DNA from: Callorhinchus milii
Taxonomy: Eukaryota
Assembly: GCF_018977255.1 (NCBI RefSeq)
Contig: NW_024705405.1
Span: 1 to 47,688, forward strand
Length of the DNA stretch: 47,688 bases
Direction of reading: 5' to 3'
The number at the start of each line of letters is the position of its first letter. Position 1 is the stretch's first letter. The notes under the pieces are model-generated. The model did no database searches and was not told the DNA's origin. It saw nothing but the letters and a program-made list of their open reading frames with translations. Position numbers and translations under genes: made by a program. Below, piece by piece: positions 13,577 to 26,413 of the stretch.

Positions 13577-16477
13577 CTGAAAAAATATTGTCATGTGGTT
13601 ATACCTATTAAGCCGTATCGAGTACTTTTGTGTGTAATTTTGACCATTTTAGTTTTACAGTTTTTTGAGTTTAATGACGTGCACAGTGGTGGTTTGTAAT
13701 GTTATCGGATTACTTGCCGAAGTGGTGTGATGAGCACTGGTTGTGAGAGGGTTCAATTGTAGTCGTTAAGTGTCCTGTTGAGCTAAAGTTGGAATGCGTC
13801 TGTAGGTACATCTTTACTCAACATTTTAAACGTTTTTTTTCAAGTATATAGCTTTTTTGATTGGTATTAATCGACTTTAGATAGCCGATTCAGGATGTAC
13901 ATTGATGACGCGTTCGTTGGATATATGGCCTTGACTTCAACATAGACGCACAGTGAACAAATGTGGTGAACTAATAAGGAAATCATGGGGAATGATACTT
14001 TAACGCTTTGGTATTCCTGGAACGGAAATGGTTTGCATTGTACTGGAAATGTGTGAACATAGGACATAATAAATATTCCCTTCGAGTTTTGACGTAAAAA
14101 TGATTGCAGATGAATAAAAACGTATTTTTAACAAATGTTTGTCCGTCTTGATTTTATAATGTTCCTAGCAAAAACATGTTAAGATAATTTCAGGTGGAGG
14201 ATCTCCGTCACACAAGTGTGCAGCATCTTGGCTGTCTACGCGATTAACACGTGTTCATCAACGTACCAGTCCCTAATCCCGAAGTATGTCGGGGATAAAC
14301 TGTACTCTATAACATGTAAACTGTAATACTATAAACGATAACACTAAACATTAAACGATTATAAACTAGTGTTTAATTTATAACCATATAAACGGAGGTA
14401 AGGTATTATAATATCATTAGAAGCATTAGAATCACAGTGTGGTCGTATAAGAATCACGCACAAACCCATTCTTAACTCATGAGATTATGAATCGTTACAA
14501 TTTTATAACAATCACAAATTGTAACAAAGCGAAATTCCCACAAGCAAAACACCACGCTCACGTGACGAATTCTTAAACAAACTGCAACACTCAAGTGACA
14601 GAACTCAACAAAAAAACGCCGCAATAAAAAGAACAACATCAATAGACAAATCCTAAAAACAGACAACACACGCACGTTAGTAGCTGTTAGAAGAAGACAA
14701 CACCTAGCACCTTCAACTATACACATCATACAGCCAACTCGTAAATGGGGCGGTATATGACAGCCTTCGCTGCTGTCGACGGGGCCAAGCAGCGAGTGTA
14801 TAGCATTATATTTAAGGACAATATTGTTAATATCAATTCGTCTGGACATGGCACGTGCCTTGTTCGTCTCGATCAACCAAAATTAGTACAATGTCGGTCA
14901 TAAAGGAGTGCGAGTTCATTCATAAGCAGTATTCGCTGATCCCCGATGACACAGACCTACACACAAACAAAGTACTCTTTATTAATTTAATTATCAGCTC
15001 AGACATAATCATCTCAATCATTTTCAAAGACGTGTGGGGTCCCGCGAGAGCAGGGCCTGGCAACAAATATCTGAGCAGCGGAAGCAGCAGAATCAGAAGT
15101 AGCTGCGTCGCCCTCGAAATGTGATGTTGCTGCTGCTGCATTTGCTTCTGCGTCGATCAAGATTGACGCTCTTGATCAACTCTGACATTGTAAACTCTCA
15201 CATGTTAAACTCTAACATAGTGAAATATAATATTATAACCTATGAACTACAACCTATCCATTGTTACGCTTTAAAATACGATTAACTGTTATAGTGCAGA
15301 ACCACATAATTGGAGGTATGGGATTATAATCGCATACTAATCATTAGAATCGCACTGAGCTAATTAGAATCACACTGTGGTTGTACGTATGGTAAGTTAA
15401 TATGCAACCGGGGGTAGGATATGCAGGATTAGAATCGAATTACAATTATTCGAATCCCACTAGTCGTATTAGAATCACACTTTCCACTGTTGGATGAATG
15501 TGTCGTATCAATGGAATCGAATAGCCAATAAGTATATACAGTATACACAAATAAAGAGTATAACAATCACACATTGTAACATAGATACAATAACATTATT
15601 TAAAAAACGTATTTAAAATATATATTCCACTTTTTTAAACTCAGAATGTCGTTGTCCATGTGGGGAGATGGAGCGCAGTGGATCGTATCGTCTAAGCTGC
15701 TTTTCGGAATCCGTGTGATAACCCAGTCACATCGCCTAACTCCAGTGACAGCACCTTACCCAACTACATCTCCCCAACAAGGCAGCCTTACCGATGCTGT
15801 GTATTGTGTTTACGGGATAACAGAGGTGTGTATTATCCCATGCGCCTTGCCCAAAAAGACTGATTGTCCGCTTAACAGCCTAGCTGTAAACCACCATTGG
15901 TGATAGTGTTGTTTGAGAGCAGCTATTAAAGTCGTTTTGGCAAACGAGGTGGTGGCTGGCCAAACCATGCCTCGCTGTTTGTCTCCGGAGTTATGACGGA
16001 TACAAACCAGACCAAGCGGAGACCATGTACCAGATCGGATTTTGGTTACTGATGTTAGAGTGATTGTGTTGCAAGTGTGGTCACTACGCGTCTGTACGTG
16101 CTCACTCCCGAAGCTCGGTGGTTTTTAGGCAACGCCACGGGGCTGCATTCACTTAAAATCGAGGACAATGGAGGGCATGGGGATCGTGGTTTTCCAGCGC
16201 TAAACCATTTATTCAAAATAAGCGCACAATTACACACTGAGATGCACTTACATATTCATGCATGAAACACAATGGGCACATTACCCTTCGTTGGTAATAA
16301 GCGACTTTAGATAACTGATTTCAGGATGTACATTGATGACACGTTCGTTGCATGTTTGGCTTTGACTTAAACACAGACGCACAGTGAACAAATGTGTGAA
16401 CTAATAAGGAGATCAATGGCGAATTATACTTTGGTTTGGTATTCCTGGAAGTGATATGGTTTGCATATACTGTAGCT

Positions 16478-16630
16478 ATACTCTTTGGTTCTTTCGGTAA
16501 CGTCATATAGGTAGACAAAATAATAGATAATTATAGATCAATAATGTGACCTATTATTTTTCTACCTACGTGACTTTAACGAAAGAACCAAAGTATGGAT
16601 TCCTGCAGTCACAAAAGCTTCAAATCAAGA
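16478..16630. mobile_element. Inverted pair of the same Penelope-like termini, hammerheads absent
   Basis: ctttggttctttcggtaacgtcatataggtaga / tctacctacgtgactttaacgaaagaaccaaag, followed by cctgcagtcacaaaagcttcaaatca as at 22507. Confidence 0.5.
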
Positions 16631-18643
16631 TTGTACTGTAACTGTTTGAACATAGGACATCATAAACTTTCGATACGAGTTGTAGTTCTGTAAATGTTCC
16701 TGCAGATTAATAAAACATTATTTTCAGCAACTGCTTGTCCGTTTTTATTTTTGAATGTTAATAGCAAAAACGTGTGGAGCCGAGTTTCAGGTGGAGCATC
16801 TCCGTCACACAAGTCTGACCTTAACAGGCATCATGTTGGCTGTCTTATCATTAACATGTGTGGTTCAGGAGGGGAAGGTCCTTTTTATAAATCGATTCAC
16901 AACGTTACGGTCCCTATATCATCAAGTATACAAGGGAATCCTGTACGCTATGACACGTGAATGTAACACTATAACGATAACACGAAACATTAAAATACTA
17001 TAAATTAGTTAAATTATGTATAACACCAAAAACAGAGGTACGGTATTATAATCTCATTACAAGTATTAGAATTACAATGTGATCGTATTAGAATCACACT
17101 CTGCGCATATGTATGTGTAGTGTACGTGCAAGCGAACTGTGCTCGTATGTATGTATGCCTGTAATATGTATCTATGGCATTTGGACATGCGAACCGGTGG
17201 TCAGATATGCGAACTGTGGGGGTGCAGGGTTAGCATCGCATTACAATTCTTAGAATAACAATATGGTCGTATGAGCATTTTGCTGTGATTGAATGTATGT
17301 TATGTGCAAGTGCAATCGCTAGTCGTAAATACGAGGCAGGGATTAATAGGTGCACGTTGCATCCAGTGTTAACGTTTATTTTAGCATTATATTTTAGGCC
17401 ACTATTGTTGATAATAATTCGTCTGGACGTGGCACGTGCCTTGTTCTACTCGATCAACCAAAATTAATACAATTGTCGTCATAAAGGAGTGTGATTTCAT
17501 TCATGCGAGTATTCACAGAGCCCCGATGACACTAACCTACCTAAAGTTATGGTTAAACAAAGTCATCTTGAGTGACTTAATTCTCAGCTCAGACATGATC
17601 ATCGCAATCATTTCCAAAGACGTGTGGGGTCCTGCGAGAGCAGGTCCCGACTACAAACAGCTGGGCAGCAGAATCGGAAGTAGCTGCGTCGCCCTCGAAA
17701 TGTGATGTTGCTGCTGTTGTTGTCGCTGCTGTTGTTGCTGCTGTAGTTGCTTCTGTTGCTGTGATATACGCAGGGAGGTGGTGTTCCGTGATGGGATGAC
17801 GCTTTTGATTAAAGCCTCTGATCAAACTCACCCGATTGACGCCCTTGATCGTCGCATTTGATCAACTCTGATATTGTATACTCTCACATGTTAAGCTCTA
17901 TCATAGTGAAACATAATATTATAACCTATGAACTACAACCTATCCATTGTAACGCTATTGGATTTCACTCCTCGTCGAGAAGGCCGCTCTCTTCCTTTTC
18001 TAAAGTTACATGCTAATTTCTCTGCATTCACTTTAAATCGAGGACAATGTTTTTCCATTTATTCAAAATAAGCGCACAATTACACACTGAGATGCACTTA
18101 CATATTCATGCATGAAGCACAATGGGCACATTACTCTTCGGTATGTTAATAGACATGCGGATTGTACCTTCCAAAATTAACAATCGAATGCAAATATCCT
18201 GAAAGACAAAGGATTGGATCCTAGGGGGGGAGTTATAAGGCAGCTCAGAAGCAGAGCTCAATGCCATTTCGAGAGGGAACTTGATGAGGTTGGACGCTCG
18301 ACTCGTCGCTCTGCTGATCGCCCTTCAACCGCGAGACAACGCAGCCTGGCGAGCACAATTGCTGTGTCGACAGTTAGGCGACTTTGCGTCGGGAGAGTTC
18401 GTGGCGACATCTTCAGACGGTTCCAGACATCGATATACCGTGAATCTCCAAGTAAGTGTCTATTTTCGCGGATAAACTCTTAAACGTGTTTGTCGTCAAA
18501 TTACGGATTTTTTTGCGTCTCGGTTAGACGCGAGTGTCGTTCTTGTTTTAGCAGTTAACAAAATCCAAAACTCAACGCTAAACATCCTTGCGGCCGATAG
18601 CGTACTTTTGACTCGATAACACCGCTGCTGTTACTACGCTCAC

Positions 18644-19332
18644 ATGGAGCAGAGACGCTCTCCACAGCCCCACGCACACGGAGGCAAGAAGCCATTCAAT
18701 TGCTCTGTGTGTGGGAAGGCATTTCACATCATCACATCTTCAGAGACATCAGAGAACACACACGGGCGAGAAGCCATTCCTGTGCCCTGTGTGTGGGAAG
18801 GCATTTGCACAATCGACAACTCTTCAAACTCATCAGAGAACACACACGGGCGAGAAGCCATTCCTGTGCCCTGTGTGTGGGAAGACATTTGCACAATCGA
18901 CAACTCTTCAAACTCATCAGAGAACACACACGGGCGAGAAGCCATTCCTGTGCCCTGTGTGTGGGAAGACATTTGCACACTCGTCACATCTTCAAGTCAC
19001 AGAGAACACACACGGGCGAGAAGCCATTCCTGTGCTCTGTGTGTGGTAAGACATTTGGAAACTCATCAAATCTTCAGAGTCATCAGAGAACACACACGGG
19101 CGAGAAGCCATTCCTTTGCTCTGTGTGTGGGAAGACATTTGCACAGTCATCAAACATGAACAGGCATCAGAAGGTCCACAATGATAGGAAACTGAAATCA
19201 AAAGCTGAAATTCAAGGTGCTGCAATGAGTCCTGAAGAAGTTTCCACCTTCGATCCCATGCAGTTGGATCCCGAGAGATGGCTGGATGTAATGGAGTGGC
19301 TCGACAGTCAACCAGAGAGCTCGGGTGACTGA
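18644..19332 (+). CDS. C2H2 zinc-finger protein copy 5, 6 fingers plus acidic tail (frameshifted as assembled)
   Basis: ORFs 18644, 18711 and 18700 combine to 6 fingers (TSSHLQR, QSTTLQT x2, HSSHLQ, NSSNLQS, QSSNMNR) and the tail. Confidence 0.75.
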
Positions 19333-21785
19333 AAAAAATTACGTCATGTGGTTATACCTATTAAGCCGTATCGATAACTTTTGTGTGTAATTTTGACCAT
19401 TTTAGTTTTACAGTTTTTGTGAGAGTTTATTGCGTGCACAGTGGTGGTTTGTAATGTTATCGGATTACTTGCCGAAGTGGTGTGATGAGCACTGGTTGTG
19501 AGACGGTTCAATTGTAGTCGTTAAGTGTTCCTGTTGAGCTAAAGTTGGAATGCGTCTGTAGGTACATCTTTACTCAACATTTTAAACGTTTTTTTTCAAG
19601 TATAAAAAAATCGACTTTAGATAGCCGATTTCAGGATGTACATTGATGACGCGTTCGTTGGATATATGGCCTTGACTTCAACATAGACGCACAGTGAACA
19701 AATGTGGTGAACTAATAAGGAAATGCTTTGGTATTCCTGGAACGGAAATGGTTTGCATCTACTGGAAATGTGTGAACATAGGACATAATAAATATTCCTT
19801 CGAGTTTTGACGTAAAAATGATTGCAGATGAATAAAAACGTATTTTTAACAAATGTTTGTCCGGTCTTTATTTTATAATGTTCCTAGCAAAAACATGTTA
19901 AGAATTTCAGGTGGAGGATCTCCGTCACACAAGTGTGCCCTTAACCGGCAGCATCTTGGCTGTCTACCGATTAACACGTGTTCCTTGAGGGGAAAGGTCC
20001 CCGTAGTTAATCGTTCATCAACGTACCAGTCCCTAATCCCGAAGTATGTCGGGGATAAACTGTACTCTATAACATGTAAACTGTAATACTATAAACTATA
20101 ACACTAAACATTAAACGATTATAAACTAGTGTTTTAATTTATAACCATATAAACGGAGGTAAGGTATTATAATATCATTAGAAGCATTAGAATCACAGTG
20201 TGATCGTATAAGAATCACGCACAAACCCATTCTTAACTCATGAGATTATGAATCGTTACAATTATTATAACAATCGCAATTTGTGACAAAGCGAAATTCC
20301 ACAAGCAAAACACCACGCTCACGTGACGAATTCTTAAACAAACTGCAACACTCAAGTGACAGAACTCAACAAAAAAACGCCGCAATAAAAAGAACACATC
20401 AATGGGCAAATCATAAAAACAGACAACACACGCACGTTAGTAGCTGTTAGAAGAAGACAACACCTAACACCTTCAACTATACACATTGTACAGCCAACTC
20501 GTAAATGGGGCGGTATATGACAGCCTTCGCTGCTGTCGACGGGGCCAAGCAGCGAGTGTTTAACTCCATTGTTTCAGAATCCGTGTCATCACCCGGCCAC
20601 AGCGCCTTAGCCAAACTACATCTCCCGAACAAGGCAGCCTTCCCTATGCTGTGTATTTTAGCAGTATATTTACGGGCGCACTTGAAGATAACAATTCGTC
20701 TAGAAAAGGCAAGCGACTTGTTCTACCTAAACGATTTCAAATTTCTATCCGAAAGAAGAATGAGTTCATTCATGAGTAGTATTCACTAAGCACCGATGGC
20801 ACTAACCTACGCACAGTTATGATTAAACAAAGTAAACATTAGTCGCTCATCTCAGCTCAGACATGATCATAGCAATTATTTCCAAATCCGTGTCGGGTCC
20901 CACGAGAACAGGGCACGGCCACAAACTCTCAGATTGAAGAAGTCGCTGCTTTGCCATCGAATGGTTTCGTAGCTGCTGTAGTTGCTTCTGTTACTGTTAT
21001 ATCGGCAGCATGTTGGTGTCCCGTGATGGGATAACGTCTTTGATCAAAAACTATGATCGAACCTACCAGACCAACGCCATCGATCGACGTCTTGGATATA
21101 CTCTCACATTGTAAACTCTGACATTGTAAATTCTCACACTGTGAACTTTAACATTATGAACTTCAACAATGGTAATTTAAAAACATTCACATATACATTT
21201 GAAGAATCTACAAATTACTGTAAACTAGTATGTGAACTCTAACAATATAACCTATGAGCTATACATTATAACGCTATACAATAACATTATTAACTAGTGT
21301 TATAGATTAGAACAACCTACCTTGAAGTGTGATTTTCGAATCGCATTCGAATTATTCGAATCACTCCGTGGTCCTCTTCGAATCACACTACGGTCGTAAG
21401 TATGTAACATGTATGTATGTAACATATCTGTTTGTAGTAAGTATATGTGCATGTAACATGTATGCATGTAACATGTATGTATGTAACATGGTACATGCAT
21501 GTATGTAACATGTATGTATGTAATATGGACGTGCGAACCAAGGGTGTGATATGTGAAGGTGCAGGATCAGGATGGGATTAAATGTACTTGAATAACACTT
21601 TGGTGGTATTAGGATCAAGCTGTCCACTGCGGGATGAATGTTCCATCTCAATGGAATCAAATAACAATATTCAGTATGAATATGTTAAATAATCGCACAA
21701 ACCCAATATTAGCCCGTGAAATTATGAATCGTTACAATTGTAATGACTCGTTTGATAAAAGTATTTAATCAAAGTTTGTTATCCC

Positions 21786-22006
21786 AGCAGCAACTGCAGC
21801 AGCAGCAACTGCAGCAGCAACAACTGCAGCAGCAGCAGCAACTGCAGCAACAGCAGCAACTGCAGCAGCAGCAACTGCAGCAACAGCAGCAACTGCAGCA
21901 GCAGCAATTGCAGCAGCAGCAGCAACTGCAGCAGCAGCAACTGCAGCAGCAGCAGCAACTGCAGCAGCAGCAGCAACTGCAGCAGCAGCAGCAACTGCAG
22001 CAGCAA
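21786..22006 (+). repeat. (CAG)n-CAACTG compound trinucleotide repeat
   Basis: About 220 bp of cagcagcaactg variants. Confidence 0.95.
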
Positions 22007-22261
22007 CACAAGTCTGACCTTAACCGGCAACGTCTTGGCTGTCTCCACCATCAACATGTGTTCCTAGAGGGGAAAGGTCCCCGTTATAAATAGTTTAGCA
22101 ACGTTCCTTTCCCTAATTCCGAAGTATACTGGAGATCACTTGTACTCTAAAACATGTAAACTGTAACGCTTTAAAGATAGCATTAAACATTAAACGAATA
22201 TAAACTAGTTTTTTTAAATAATTTATAAGACCGTAAACGGAGGGACAGTATTAGAATATCT

Positions 22262-22535
22262 ATACTCTTTGGTTCTTTCGGTAAAGTCACGTAGGTATAA
22301 ATAAAACCAAATAAATAACGACGTTTCGGACGCAACACAAGCGCCCGAAACGATGTCTGCAGCAGACATCGTGCTGCTCGCAGCAGACATCGCGGATATC
22401 GCGATTCTCACCTGAAGACGTGCGCTTGTGTTTCGTCCGAAACGTGATTTACTTTGTTTTATTTCTACCTACGTGACTTTACCGAAAGAACCAACGAGTA
22501 TTAATTCCTGCAGTCACGAAAGCTTCAAATCAATA
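22262..22535. mobile_element. Inverted pair of Penelope-like termini, each with a partial hammerhead
   Basis: Arms 22262-22346 and ~22420-22500 are reverse complements. CTGAAGA at 22412. GAAACGT occurs on both strands. Confidence 0.6.
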
Positions 22536-22550
22536 TTTGAATATCATTAG

Positions 22551-24337
22551 AAGTATTATAATGATAATTGGTTCTTTACCCTTCTATCTGGCAACAAAAC
22601 TGACACCTTTTTACAAGGAGTCATGTTTGCATAGACCGCAATACCTGCAGTCATAAATACAAACAAAAGACATAACTCTGATAATGTGCACTGTCCTTGA
22701 AGTTGATTGGTCCACACCCGAGACAGCTTTCCTTCGAGCCTAGTCTCACATGGGTTGGACCAGAAGACGCCAAAAGGCGCACAACTCAAAGACAATGCAC
22801 CATCAGAGTATGAGAGCTCGGGGTAAACATCTACACTATGGGGACCTCATTTGCCAGTAAAAATATGATAATTGGTTCTTTACCCTTCTATCTGGCAACA
22901 AAACTGACACCTTTTTACAAGGAGTCATGTTTGCATAGACCGCAATACCTGCAGTCATAAATACAAACAAAAGACATAACTCTGATAATGTGCACTGTCC
23001 TTGAAGTTGATTGGTCCACACCTGAGACAGCTTTCCTTCGAGCCTAGTCTCACATGGGTTGGACCAGAAGACGCCAAAAGGCGCACAACTCAAAGACAAT
23101 GCACCATCAGAGTATGAGAGCTCGGGGTAAACATCTACACTATGGGGACCTCATTTGCCAGTAAAAATATGATAATTGGTTCTTTACCCTTCTATCTGGC
23201 AACAAAACTGACACCTTTTTACAAGGAGTCATGTTTGCATAGACCGCAATACCTGCAGTCATAAATACAAACAAAAGACATAACTCTGATAATGTGCACT
23301 GTCCTTGAAGTTGATTGGTCCACACCCGAGACAGCTTTCCTTCGAGCCTAGTCTCACATGGGTTGGACCAGAAGACGCCAAAAGGCGCACAACTCAAAGA
23401 CAATGCACCATCAGAGTATGAGAGCTCGGGGTAAACATCTACACTATGGGACCTCATTTGCCAGTAAAAATATGATAATTGGTTCTTTACCCTTCTATCT
23501 GGCAACAAAACTGACACCTTTTTACAAGGAGTCATGTTTGCATAGACCGCAATACCTGCAGTCATAAATACAAACAAAAGACATAACTCTGATAATGTGC
23601 ACTGTCCTTGAAGTTGATTGGTCCACACCCGAGACAGCTTTCCTTAGAGCCTAGTCTCACATGGGTTGGACCAGAAGACGCCAAAAGGCGCACAACTCAA
23701 AGACAATGCACCATCAGAGTATGAGAGCTCGGGGTAAACATCTACACTATGGGACCTCATTTGCCAGTAAAAATATGATAATTGGTTCTTTACCCTTCTA
23801 TCTGGCAACATTTGCATAGACCGCAATACCTGCAGGTCCTTGAAGTTGATTGGTCCACACCCGAGACAGCTTTCCTTCGAGCGGTCTATGCAAACATGAC
23901 TCCTTGTAAAAAGGTGTCAGAGTATGAGAGCTCGGGGTAAACATCTACACTTTTGTTGCCAGATAGAAGGGTAAAGAACCAATTATCATATTTTTACTGG
24001 CAAATGAGGTCCCCATAGTGTAGATGTTTACCCCGAGCTCTCATACTCTGATGGTGCATTGTCTTTGAGTTGTGCGCCTTTTGGCGTCTTCTGGTCCAAC
24101 CCATGTGAGACTAGGCTCGAAGGAAAGCTGTCTCGGGTGTGGACCAATCAACTTCAAGGACAGTGCACATTATCAGAGTTATGTCTTTTGTTTGTATTTA
24201 TGACTGCAGGTATTGCGGTCTATGCAAACATGACTCCTTGTAAAAAGGTGTCAGTTTTGTTGCCAGATAGAAGGGTAAAGAACCAATTATCATATTTTTA
24301 CTGGCAAATGAGGTCCCCATAGTGTAAGTATTATAAT
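22551..24337. repeat. Inserted 304-bp tandem concatemer with scrambled junction and inverted copy, flanked by a 12-bp TSD
   Basis: Unit starts (atgataattgg) at 22561, 22865, 23169, 23472 and 23775. Reverse-complement copy at 23951-24326. aagtattataat occurs at 22551-22562 and 24326-24337. Confidence 0.9.
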
Positions 24338-25856
24338 CGCAATGTGATCGTAATAGAATCACACTGCACATATGTATGCATATTACATACATACATACTA
24401 TGGTCGTATGTATGTATGTAATATGTATGTCCGTTGGACATGCGAACCGGGGGTCGGATATGCGAACTGGGGGATTAGGATCGGATTAAAATGTTTAGAA
24501 TAACACTATGGTCGTATTAGAATTACACTGAGCTAGAATGTATGTTATATGTAGATGCACATCGGGAGTCGTAAATGCAACCTGGGAGGTGCGCGTTTTA
24601 GATTCGCATCAAAATTATTATAATAACAACGTGGTCCTATTAGAATCACGCTATCGACTGCTGCTGATGTTTGGGTGGCGGCTTCCGATTCGGGCTCAGC
24701 TCTTCCTTACTCGCCTGGTTGGTGCCGCGGGACGCAGCGTCTCATCCGACAGGCGTTGCAGCAGCTGGGTGATGGCATCCGTGAGTTTGTCAACTTTCTC
24801 TTCAAGTTGAGGCCGTCTCCCTCGTGGTCTACTGCCTCTGGGCGTGCTGTGGGTTGCTCATGGCCGAGTTGGAGCTGCATGTTGAATCGGGTGTAGACGT
24901 TATTTTAGCAACATTTAAGTACAGTGTTGTGTTTAGAATGCGTCTAGACAAGGAAGGTGACTTGTCCTACACGGGCAGCCAAAATGATTACAATTTCTGT
25001 CATAAAACAGTGTGAGTTCATTCATGAGTAGTATTCGCTGAGCCATGATGACACTAACCTACATACAGTTATGGTTAAACAAAGTAAAATTTAGTCACTT
25101 AATTCTCAGTTCAGACATGATCATCGCAATCATTTCCAAAGACGTGTGCGGTCCCGCGAGAGCAGTGCCCGGCTACAAATAGCCGGGCAGCAGAAGCAGC
25201 AGAATCAGAAGTAGCAGCGTCGCCCTCGAAATGTGTTGTTGCTGCTGTAGTTGCTTCTTTTGAAGTTATATACGCAGGGAGGTGGTGGTCCGTGATGGGA
25301 TGACGCCTTTGATTAAAGACTTTGATCAAACGCCCCCGATTAACGCCATTGATTGTCGTATTTGATCAACTCTGACATTGTAAACTCTCACATGTTAAAC
25401 TCAAACATAAAATATTATATATCATGCTCTCATGCCCTTTGGATTGCACCCGTTGGGTTGCACTCCCTCGTCGAGGAGGCCGCTCTCCTCCTTTTCTACG
25501 GTTACATGCTTATTTCTAACATTAACATCATGCTAATCTCTCACACTGTGGTCGTACGTATGGTAAGTGAATATGCGAACCAGGGGTAGGATATGCAGGA
25601 TAAGAATCGAATTACAATTATTCGAATCCCACTAGTCGTATTAGAATCACACTGTCCACTGTTGGATGAATGTGTCGTATCAATGTAATAGAATAGCTAT
25701 ATACAGCATACACACATGCAAAGAATATGACAATCACACGTTTTTACATATAAACAATACACATGATTTAAAAAAAACTTCTTTTTAAAATACATGTTCA
25801 ATTTTTTTGAAACTGAGAATGTCGAGGTCCATGTAGGGAGATGGAGTGCAGTGGAC

Positions 25857-25968
25857 ACACTGATGACGGCCGCTGGTGTTGCTTCCGAAACGTCGTGATT
25901 TAATTTAGTTATTTTCATTTATTATTATTATATTATTATTTTTACCTACGTGACTTTACCGAAAGAAA
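25857..25968 (+). mobile_element. Penelope-like terminal fragment with degenerate hammerhead
   Basis: CTGATGA-C-GGCCGC-tggtgtt-GCTTCC-GAAACGTCGTG, then an AT-rich spacer and the family tail tacctacgtgactttaccgaaagaa. Confidence 0.55.
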
Positions 25969-26413
25969 GCGTCAATTCAAAATTAGAATATCATTCGAAG
26001 TATTAGAATCACAATGTGATCGTATTAGAATCACACTCTGCGCATATGAATGTATAGTGTACGTGCAAGCGAACTGTGCTCGTATGTACGAATGTAATAT
26101 GCATCTATGGGTTTTGGTCATGCGAACCGGTGGTCGGATATGCGAATTGGGGGGTGCAGGATTATGATCGGATTAAAACGATTAGAATAACACTTTGGTA
26201 GTATTAAAATAACACTGAGCTAGAATGTATGTTAAATGTAGATGCACATCGGGAGTCGTTAATGCGGCCTGGGTGGTACCAGATTTAGAATCGCATCAAA
26301 ATTATTAAAATCGCACCATGGTCGTATTAGAATCAAGCTGCCCACTGCTGGTAGAATGTTACATCGCAATGGCACCGAATAGCAATATACAGCATTGATA
26401 TTGGGCGTGGAGC

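Noticed and set aside
21743..22093. PolyQ, polyC and polyL ORFs
   Set aside because: All are translations of the CAG microsatellite, flanked by non-coding module sequence.
22561..22635. DNWFFT resembling the piggyBac DNWFT catalytic motif
   Set aside because: The match is too short, the frame closes after ~23 codons, and no other transposase motifs are present.
22760..22790. Hammerhead-like cagaaga-cgcc-aaaa-ggcg in the 304-bp unit (would make it a retrozyme)
   Set aside because: It lacks both CTGAnGA and GAAA. I found no canonical hammerhead core on either strand of the unit.
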